The position numbers and the translations under genes were made by a program. 64,000 bases of DNA from Utricularia gibba (taxonomy: Eukaryota > Plantae > Magnoliophyta): assembly GCA_002189035.1 (NCBI GenBank), contig CM007991.1:1426001-1490000 (forward strand), given 5' to 3'. The notes under the pieces are model-generated. The model had not been told where the DNA came from, made no database searches, and was given only the letters and a program-made list of their open reading frames with translations. Shown here one piece after another: positions 50,609 through 61,403 of this stretch. Within the stretch, counting starts at the first letter, position 1. Each line of letters begins with the position of its first letter.

Positions 50609-52085
50609 AAGCAGGAAAACACCTTGCTTGAGGTATGAATGAAACACATACACATCTATACAACCCCCCCTTCTCACCCATGGAAACGATTCATTTGAAC
50701 ATTTGTTTCCTGACCCATGATACCAAGCGGGACAAGGCTGAGACACATGAAGAACTTTTCTGAATGATTTAATAGAGTCATGCTCTTCCCCAATGGATAT
50801 GATGCAGTTCATAACGTTGTTCTTTTATACCAAGGTTTTCATGCTAATATATTAGAATTCGATCGTGATGGAAGCATTTGGTTCCTATCACTGGAGTTCC
50901 AAGGGTTTGAAGAAATTGGACCATGGTAGAACTTGGCCAAATGCAGTATTTCGATTTAGTTTCTGTTTAGTTTGTAGTTTTAATACAATAAAAAAAATTA
51001 CAGTTTTTTAACATACTAATTTTTTTAAATTTATACTTTTTATAAAAAGAAATTGATTTGACAACAAAATTATTTATGAAATGTTTTCAAAATTAAAATA
51101 TGTTTGAAACAGATTATTAGTTAATTTCTCATTTTGGAAAATAAAATTCATGAAAATAATATTTTTTGGGCACACCAAGTTTGGAAACCTTTGAATTTTT
51201 CAAATTGGAAAAACGAAAGAAATTGAGAGTACAGACTCGTTTGCGAAAGTCAAGAGTCGTTTCGTCACCTCCAAATTCTTGAATATTATTTGATTAAAAA
51301 AATGTTGGAAAATAATGTTTTAATTTTTTTAATGTATTTATTGATATGTACTTGTATGGGCGATGGGAGAGTTTAGCTGATCCGACGGATAGGTGGTCAG
51401 CGTCTCTACAAATAACTGGTTTTTAATTTTTGGCTTCTGCCATTGCATCAACGCGTTTCTTGTAGCTTCACAAGGCAACAGCATCAAGCTCGCTTCACCA
51501 AGGTAATTGTTCCCAGTTCGCGTTTACAGATTTTCACATCTTCCTTCGCGTTTTAAATGCGCCAATTCTGTTTCTTGCTTCTGTATGTAGAGTAGTAATT
51601 TCTCTTTTTTGTGTTTACGGTGGGCATAAAGTGTTTTTATTGATTTAAAGTTGAAGATTTGTATGCCGGGAGTCAAACGGAGGAAGATGCTACAAGTTGT
51701 AGAGTATGAATTTGATGGGCTATGGCAGCACGGGTTCTTACTTCCTCACCTTTTAGTTTCGTGGATCCGTTTAGTCAATTTTTTATGTTTCTCTTCGGAG
51801 CTTTTGCTCGGTTATGCATGAGGTGATGAAAATTGAGCAGGGATTAGGGATCATGGTCTATTTGAATCAGCATTTTATGATTGTATGAAGCTTGTTTGTT
51901 CCACTCTGGGACGGATGCAATCTTTTCGTAGGCAATAATCTTTTCATTTTTGAGACTCTTGGGATTTGGATTTATGGAATTCGCACCCTAACCTTGTCAT
52001 TTAGAATATATTTTTTTGTGTTTTTGCTCCAGATAATTAGTGGTGAAGCTGTTTTGTTGGAAGTCCCACCATTTTAGTCGGTCAA

Positions 52086-54409
52086 ATGGCTGAAGTTGAC
52101 AATGAAACTTTCATGCCTGCGGTATGGCGTGTACTTTTGTTTTATGCTGTATTTTTCATTTGCTTGTATCTCTACTCACTGCTTCAAAGTTGCTTCTGAT
52201 CATGATTTATGCTCTAGGATTATGTGTGGGTTCGGGCTATTCACCATGTAGAGCCAATAGAGTTAGACGTTGCCATGTTTATTCCATTTATACGCCAAGA
52301 AGTGAATGCAGGCGTGGAATCTTCTAAGAGTGATCCAATCACTCTCCCTTGGAGGGTCACTCCTTCCGGACTGAGCATGGTTCTTGAGTATTGCAGATTT
52401 CATATTGTGCCAGACCGTACCAACAAGGTTATTACTTTTGCATGCCAAACTTGATGTGCGCATCGATAAATTGGAGAAAACTAAATTTTATTCAGTTTAA
52501 CTTGGGTGAATGCTATAAAGAGAGTCGTGTTAATCTTCTCATGTTATAGTGTGTGATCCTTATGTAATGGTATTGTAGTCTACACGAGCTCACTAATTCT
52601 GCTTAAACATTTTTGCTTCCCAGCTTCATATGGATATCTTTTGTTCCATTTTATGCAGGATAGGAAGTCCTTTGATGATAGGTATTACCAAATGGATCCT
52701 AAAATAATCTGTGAGGTGTCATCTGCTGCTAGCAGCCTGCAGTTGCAACCCTTAGCTGATCTTACAAGTCAAACTCTTACAAAGGTGATTGAAGAGAAGA
52801 TTTTCAAAAAACGTGGAGTGGTCGGTGCCGCTGATGAGTTTTCTGAGGTATTCCGTAATTGAAGGCAGCATAACATATTAATATCCTGCCTCACTCGAAA
52901 AAAAAAATGTGAGCAACTTTTGTGATAGTTTTTTTTTTTTTTTTTTTTTGTTTATGCTATTTAACAGGAAGAAAAGTTGGAGCCCATCAGAAACACCGTG
53001 GACGATCCAAGGATTAGGCTCCTGAATAGATTGCATGCAAGAAAGCAAAAGGAAATAAAGGAAAAAGAGAGCTCAAAGGTGTGTTTTTATTATTCTGGTG
53101 TTCTCCTTGAGGACGTATCAAGATTGAAATAGAAGTTGATGTCCATTCTTTTCCTTTGAACTCCTAAATTAATGCGGGATATTGATTCTTCTTTCTGGTA
53201 TAGAGTGCTGAGGTGGAGGAGGAGCAATCAGACCAGCGATCAGTTGATGACCTTTTGTCTTTTATTAACGGAGACAATCATGGTATATAACATTCACATT
53301 TCTATTTTTGATGTCATTTCAGTAAAAAAAAAACGAAAACAAAAATAAAGAAACCTTTAAAGGTGTATTTACACGAGCAAGAAAGTTGGAAAAACTACAT
53401 AACACTTAGTCATTCATCTTTGTCTGCAAATCAGGTCTTTGTTTTGTCATGCCAATCCCTTCCACTTTTCCTCTTTTCTACCAAGTTTGGCTGCTTGTGC
53501 TTTCAGATACACTTTCTTTTTATTTTCTCTACGTTTATATGCAGCTTTTTTTTCTTGCTCCCTTTTTTTGTCTTTGTGAAACTGAAGTTCCTAATGGGGA
53601 TTCTACTATTTGGAAGTTCTTTCCTTTGCTTTTCATTATGCAGACAATTCTATGCTTATATTTTTGTTTATTTATGAACCATCTGATAAATATGCAGATA
53701 CTAAAGTTTTGCAACCATCTAAAAGTAAAAAGAAAAACCGTAAGCGGAAAGACCACAATAAGGTTTCTCCTACCTGTGCTTCAACTGGCTCTTCTTCAGT
53801 CAATGCTGCAGATGAGGGCAGGAAGGTTGCTAATAGTTTTCAATTAACTTCACTTTTGAATGCAAAATTTGGAGATCGCGTTTCTTTCTTTTTTTTTTTT
53901 TTTTACTGCTCCATGATGCATTAATCTCGTTTCACTTTTGTGATGGGTGGTTTAGTTTTCATTTGTGGTACTCATGTGGCAGGATTCACGTTGTTTTGAT
54001 TCTATTCTTGATGAGGGTTCAGTTGCTGGAAATTTTTCTGGTAACGATGGCAAGGCTACAAAGTTGCAAGACATGTATGATGATTTGTTGGTAGCCGAGG
54101 ATGAATTTGATGACTTAGATCCAGATGATGGTATTGATCCTGCACTGAAAGAAGCAATTGATCGGTGAGCATATTGCCTTTTCACTTTTCTGTTGGTCTT
54201 ACCCATGTCACCACTTTTCCTTGTCATAAGCTTTACTGTTTTTCTTGGGTCATCTTTAATAATTAATCAGGGAAGTAGAAGATTTTGCAAGAAGATTAAA
54301 TGCAGATTGGTCTGAAAGATTGAAAGAGATCTCTTCTCCTGGTCAAGAGCGAAAGCCGTTGCACCTCACAGTAAATGATAACGCTTCCTTGAGAAGACTC
54401 ACAACTTAG
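52086..54409 (+). CDS. SKP1-like ASK20/ASK21-type protein, diverged, 7 coding exons
   Basis: EYCRFH.VP.R.NK|.RKSFD, SAASSLQLQPLADLTS, EEKLEP..NT.DDPRIRLLNRL.ARK.KE, RSVDDLLSFINGD, DDLDPDDGIDPALKE.IDR|EVEDFARRLNADW.ER. Confidence 0.88.
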
Positions 54410-55044
54410 TACATTCTCCGACATTTGCTCGCATCTTTTTTTTCTCCTACAGTTGGAGCATTACAGCCCTAGATAAACGCCAGAACTGATCTCTCTTAAC
54501 TGAAGATGTGGATTGGCTTCCTGGGATCGAGTTTATTCTGTTACCTGCGTAAAAGTACCTTCATTGTGGTGTTTAAAGTTAAGGTTTTGAATAAAACATA
54601 TCTTCCTACTGATTTCAGTAAGATTTATTGCTTCTCTGAAAACTGTGCTTGTTCTTAACTTTAACTCATTTACTAGCTTTTGGGTAGGATTCAGATAAAA
54701 CAAATCAAGGCCACTGCTGACACTGATTATCATGTTGAAACTGTGAGTGAAAACCCAGAGTTGACTCAGAGTGTATGGAACTCAACTCTAAGCCAGCATT
54801 GCTTTCTTTTTTCCTGCCTTCATGTCTTTATATTCGTTTGAAACACTATAGTGAAGTTTTCAGGTATGTTTTTATATATAAACATGAGATCTATACCCTG
54901 TTTTTCCTTTCTAAATGACATTGTATCTCAGGGCATGTGCCAGAAAAGCCTTCTTCCCCCTATCTTATGCTGCGAGTCAGAGAGCCTGAAGCAGCTACCC
55001 TCATATAGCCTTTTCTTCCTGTGACGGTTAAATTTGGGCTTCCC

Positions 55045-58000
55045 TCATTGCTCATCCGGCTGAAGCTTAATGTGTGGACAATACCGGTCTGGCTCTCCCT
55101 GTGTCCATAAACGTCCCAGTTCGCCTTTCTTCTTTGCTAATGTCATTAGCGTGCCTGAAACACAGCAAAAACTACTAACAAAACTGGCTTCACAAGGTAT
55201 ATCAGTAGATGTTATGGCCTAATGATGCAAGTAATTTTCTCTTCATGGCGATCAAAGGGGGATGCTGATATTGCGTACCTAATGTGCATGGGACAATATA
55301 CAGCAGTGCTGGTTGCCCCTTCCCATTGGTCAAGGTTAGAACCAGATATGTTACTAGAAGACCTGCTAGGAAACGCAATATTAGATGTTTGGATTTGGAA
55401 TAGGCTTCATATAGAAGTAAAATTCTACCTAAACTGTATGCAATCATCGCCCAGATGAAGTAGCCGGTCCTGAGGGTGTTTTTAGAGAGCCAATCATACC
55501 TGAAACAATTGGAGAAGGAGAAGGTAAGATTGTATAGTCTGCAAAACAGATGCAACATTTTCAACCTGTGACTGTGACCAGTCAGTTTCTTTTGTAATTG
55601 AACCTTAGTGAAAAGGCAACAAGTAGTCCTGGTAGAATGATGTCCCCGAAGCCTATGATGCTGTATCCGCCCCATGGATCATGTACACGAGGCAATTTTA
55701 GAAGCATCGGAATCCCATCTTCGCCACTGCCAACACCTTGAGCAACCTGAGGAAGACAGAACTTGTTCAAAACTCATGAATTACTACCTGCACTGGCTGA
55801 AGTTCAACTGATTGAAAACTCACTGTTATCATGACACTCTTGTGGAACAACCATGAGGAGAAGAAGACCCAAAAAATGTCATATATGAAAGCGCAGCCTA
55901 GTAGTACTGTTCCCACCTGAGCATGTCCATGGACTCTGACAAAGTTATTGCATTCTTGGGTTCATACGAGAAGAAATGAAAGAACTAAGGAGCAAGTATC
56001 AGATCATACCTTCAGATTCGGTACTCGAATTATTTGGAGAACAGTAAGGATCAAAGCAACGCCCTGTTGGTATAGTAAAATGGAGGAAATTTAGTCTCAG
56101 AGTGAATTAAAATGAGAAACAGAATGTAGTTCTCTTACAAGTATATCTTGACCTATCCACGCAAGGTAGCTATGTCGGAAAACAGCCCACAAGACAGCAA
56201 ATGCTCCACACAATGGAGAGACGGCTAATGAAAGATATGATATGCCTCCGATGTAAGGAACTTTGATAGATGAGTGTGCCACTGGTTCTAAACAGCTCAA
56301 ACTGTGATGCCAAATGATGGCCATTAGTTATTGTCAGATAAACTTCTTTTGTCATATAGGTTTTTTCATCTTTTATGCATTTTTCCATGGAATCTGAAAA
56401 AAAAAAATTCTCCATGAAGTGGATACCGTGACAAGAGGGCACCTAGACAGGTATGCAAGCCCTGTTTAAAGGAAGGATGAGAGTATTAGGAGTGAAGAGG
56501 TATCAGATGTTTAATATTTGATCTTTTTATGTAGATGTAAGAAAAGCAGATCTACCTCGAAACCACCAATGGCAAAAACAGCCACAAGAATGTCAATGAA
56601 CCAGTTCGACATCCATTTGTAGAGCAAAAGCAAGAAACAAGATGCGATCACGACAAAGAGAATAGCAGTGGTGACTGTGATGTCTAAGGTGCTGTTGAAA
56701 CTGTGCGCATACTTGCTGATGAATTCATTGGAGCCATCCTGCAAAATTAACATCTCTAAGCTTGTCAAAGAACGAATTTTTCAGGATTGCAGTGAAATGA
56801 AGTCTATTTGTTACCTTTAGAAGCTTTTCCTGTTCTTCAGCTGCTTCTCTTGTACTCCAGGCAGACCAATAAGATGCGCATATGATGGTGGAAATGGCCA
56901 TCAGCCATAAAAAAACTTCAGCAAGATCAACCATGGGGCGCTGAGGAGAGTACATTTGAACGGAAACTGAAAAAACGAGCCCCATACAAATATAACAGAA
57001 CCAGAAGCATGATGCATCAGCATGGCAGGACTAAGATCGCTCAGATTCAACATACCTTGTGTGCTGTTTTGCATGATCTCTAGCAGTATTTCGCCTGCAT
57101 CTACTGGAAGCATGACCACAGGTATTGTAACGTTCACATTAGTTTCATTTGATCCACAAGTCATCTTGAAGAGTTCTGTAGAACGATCACATCAAATGAA
57201 GCTGTACCAAGTAACATGTTGCAAAGTATATATTGACAGAAAAGTAACCTCTTTGGTTGTTTATGATCAGTATACCCAAAGCACCAGCATCCTCTGCGAA
57301 TTCTGCTTTCGTGACAAAGCTGCAATTCCCTCGGTGCACCATGGCAATATCTCCTGCAATCTAGGCAGAAAAAATTGATCAGGCCAAGAAAATACACATC
57401 CTTCCTTCACTTAGCCCCATTCTAAAGTTGTGTAGAAGGAAACCTGATTCAAAGGTGTAGAGCAACCGTCAGAAGGGTCTATCAGCTGAACTGTAGCTTG
57501 GTTTGAACTTCTATACGTTGCCTCCAAGGTAAGTCCAAAACGAGCGCCAATACCTACAAACTCCTTCACTTGTTTACCATCAACGAAAACTGGTACTTTA
57601 ACCTGCAAAAAACAAAAAAAAAAAAAATGAAATGAAGGAAACCAACCTTTTATCCAGAAACTGTTTTGTTCATTAACAAAATCAGAATTCCTGTAAAGAG
57701 ATGTTACTGGTTGTCATTCTAGCCCTTGAAAGAGCCGCCTAAAACATTTGATCCTTTTATTTCATCTCAACGAGTATTTTACATCAACTGGATTACAGTG
57801 AGTATTCATCTCAACTCACATCCTCACAGCAAGTTAAAGCAAAAAAACAAAAGATGGGTGTAACCCAAGATTAGAACTTGAAGAACCCCACAAAAAAAGA
57901 AAAAAGAAATACTCATGGAATCACAGTAAGGCAGGAATATGAGCGCTTTGTACCAGAACAAAACTGTTTCCACATCCTGGACTCTTGGGTGTAATATCAT

Positions 58001-58100
58001 CCTTATGAACTATATCATCACCCAGCACCAAAGAACTCCAGAGCAACCAACAAAACGTAGAAAACAAACTGTACAGAGCTTTTCTATTCAAGCCCATCAT
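55045..58100 (-). CDS. SPPL: Signal peptide peptidase-like aspartyl protease (SPPL2/4 type, PA domain), 14 exons
   Basis: Signal peptide plus DIVH.DD..PK.PGC.N.FVL|[10 protein letters not shown], catalytic YDIFWVF and [20 protein letters not shown], ending [11 protein letters not shown]. Confidence 0.93.
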
Positions 58101-59121
58101 TCCCAGTCACGATTCCGGTGAAAGATGACTATTTTTTTCTCACTCTCATTTGCGGACTCCCATTTCCCAGTTCCGGAGATAAAAAATCCTGTGTAGGAAT
58201 TTGAAGCCATTTCCATTTCCATCCTATTATCTCAAAAACACCATTGCCATGGGGCTGGTTATTACCCTCCCTGGTCTGCTCTATCTACTCTAGAGTTCCT
58301 CACGCCATCTTCAACGCACATATTCATAGCATGTATATAATATATCTATGGTTAGACTTGGCCTAATTCTTATTGGACTATACAAAATCACTACCATTCT
58401 TCATCTCTGACGCAACTGATGCAGAATTTGAACCTCTTCAAAAACATTTCAAGTGATTCATACTCTAAATAATAAAAGGATTTAAACTACTAAAAAATAA
58501 TGATAATTGCAAGAATTGGTGCAACTGCAAAGAGACAAAAATCCCCATGAGTGAAGGTCCATTTAGAGTATTCATCAGGTAATCACATTGCTTGGTTAGT
58601 AGGTTGCTTAGTTCAATAACCACTTGCTACCAACAAACTCCAATTTCCTGTTAAATTTTATTCCATGATTTTGATTTCAGCTTCTTTCCTCCCCTTAGAC
58701 TTTGAAAAGTTGTACTTGCAACTTTGTAGCTAATTAAAAAATCTTGAATAATCAACAAAAACATCATAAGAAAAATGACTAATGACTTAGTTTTTATCTG
58801 TAACAATTTCTACTTCAAAAAACGTTTTCCAAAATTAATTTTACTATCAAACACGAAATAAACATGCATTAAAAAACTCATCACTTCTCGAAAATACAAT
58901 TTTTTGAAAATCTAACGTATACTTTTAGAAATTTTGATATCGTGATTATAAATTATTTAGAAAGTTTTAAAATTAAACAGATGTTTACTGAAATAAATGT
59001 ACTGTGGCTGCATCATCACATGTTGGGTTGAAGTTAGATTAAGTCAAGGATTTTATCCACGGATTAATTAATTGGTATTAATGAGCTTGTGACTCCACCC
59101 AGCCTATGGAGAAGAAAAACT

Positions 59122-59142
59122 GGGTTGGGTTGGGTTGGGGGG
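59122..59142 (+). other. Canonical G-quadruplex-forming motif
   Basis: GGGTTGGGTTGGGTTGGGGGG (four G3 tracts with 2-nt loops). Confidence 0.7.
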
Positions 59143-61403
59143 CCAGCCTCTGCCTCAGCCTAACCCTTCACTAAATACTACAATTACATGTGGTTTAAGG
59201 TATTAACTCTGCTGTAAGAAGTCGGATCGTCTTGTCCTAAAAATCAATGGCTTTATTATTTCATTCACTGAACCCGCGCCATTTTGGAAATGGATCAGCC
59301 CACGAGTATGTGAATTGGGAAGCCCATTCTTCTGTCTTGCCGGTGCTGGAGCTGGATCGCTGATTGCCTGATTCCCAGGTTTGAGATTTGGTTTCTTTTA
59401 TGCGTGGTTTCGTCTTTTCTATTATGTGAAGACAATCAGCGGAAGGTTTTCATTTTTTGCTTTGTGGGTGTACTGGTTTTCGTAGTTTTTGTTACTTTTT
59501 CAATCAAACAATCCAGCGGTTGAATTCAGCCTTACATTTGATTGAACCAGATTTGGTTGAGTTTATTTGCTGGTAGGGTTTGCATTTGATTCAAGAAAGA
59601 TGTTTTCCATGATTTTGCAGGCTGGGGTTTAGTTAAATCTTATTCCAGTGTGTAGAAAGAATTCCACTCTTTTGAGGGAATTACCAGACACAACCATCTT
59701 GAGTTGTTGAAATTTTATTCAGGACTGTTGCTACTTTGGCAAATAGTTTCTTGTTTCTCTGTCACATTAGGATTCTTGGGATCAAGGATCATGTTATTTT
59801 CTCTTTTTCCAGCATGGAGCTCATCATTTAAAGTCTCTAATTGAAGGTCTGCTCTGTATCTTCCTTGTGCTATTTTTGGGCTGAACCTGTAATCTGCAGT
59901 CTTACAAATGCTGTAGCTGCTGAAAACTAATTCGACTGGCTGACTTCCTTTCATTTTGAAGCTCCAGCATCCGAGCAAGGGTTTCTCACCAGAAGTCGAC
60001 GGACTCCGGCTGCCACTTCCTGCTTCTACACGAAATTTTTCTGCAGGTTGGTATCAGCCCAGACCTCATTAACCAACTACAGTGAGTAGGAGATGAACTC
60101 AGCAACGGCAAATAACGGTCTCTTCACTGTCACATTGAATCCAGTTACATGGGCCGCACACTGAACTCAGTCGATTTGGGCTGTCAATTAATATCTTAGG
60201 CCCATTTTGTATTTTTGAGTGTAACGAAAAATTACATTATGTGAATACAAGGATTTTCAACTTTTTTTAATGAATAATATAAATTTAAATTAATATTATT
60301 GTATGAAATCTGATTTCAATGAATAATTTGTTCACAAAAAATTTGCATGTAAAATATTTTTTGAATTGTTTGATTAGTAGGATTAAATTATGATTTAAAT
60401 TACTTGAAATAAAAATGGGAATAAAGAAATATTTATTGTTTCAAGAATCAACGACTCCAGGTTTGTTTGAGCTGGAATGATTACCAAGATCATGCAGTGG
60501 CAAGAACTGTCTACTCACTGGTTTCTTGGGAACGATTCCCAGAAACCTCCAATGTCGCATGCCAAATGCGGTGCTACTGCAAGCTTTCTCAGGGAAAAGA
60601 TGGTATTTTGTGAACCGTGGCGCAGGGGGGTAAGGTGCATGATTGCGGTGGATTGTCGTTGTTTGTGGGTTCTCACTATTGAAATGAAAACTGAAAGGCA
60701 ATCGCACCTACCATCTTCCAATTCCTTTGTCATCTTTTATACCTCGTTTCAATGGGTGGGGTACGCGCTTCTCCACTCTCCTTTTGTCTGCTCGCAGCAC
60801 CAACAAAATGTTTCCTCTGTTCATTGTATCCTGGTCGCATTTTGATGAGTTCTTGTTGGCGTCTGGCTTTTGGGTGTTGTCAGAAAATGTGGTTTTTGTG
60901 GAATATGGACGAATTCGTTTAATGTGTTCGTGAGATTATCGCTGAAAACTTTTTGGGCTGTGTGTTGGAAGGCTGGTTTGCCTTTTTGTGGATACTTTTG
61001 AAAAGATAAGGGTGATGCATCTATCTTTTGGTGGAGTAGCTTTACAGTGACTTGAATTGGAAGCGAGAACAAAAGGCGAAAGTGATTGATTCTTTGTCCA
61101 AGAGGTTGGATTGGTCTGGGATACTGGTCATTTCTTCATGGGTTTATAAAGAACATATGCCGCATCTGGGATCAAGCGTCAGGCAATCAGGGTTCTCTGC
61201 GTATACTTGGCATTCCCTGCGTAAGAAAATTTATCGGGAAAAGAGATTTCAGACTGCTCTGCCTTCGTTATGGCACTGAATGGATATGTGTTTCTGGATT
61301 AAACCATCCTCTGTTTATATTTTCGTGCAGATTCTACTATGGATATATGGAGAACGGATGGTAGCAAATCATCTTGAAGCATACGAAGTTTGACCCGATT
61401 TTT

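Noticed and set aside
51663-51821. 52-aa ORF MPGVKRRK... upstream of ASK21-like
   Set aside because: It appears to lie within the 5' UTR intron, with no recognisable homology.
58060-58100. Apparent frameshift in the SPPL signal-peptide exon
   Set aside because: On re-reading, the T run at 58080-58083 has four bases, so [13 protein letters not shown]... is in frame.
59070-59100. INxACD resemblance to the PRD3/PAIR1 N-terminus
   Set aside because: It needs a frameshift, has no start codon, and the downstream sequence does not continue the family motif.
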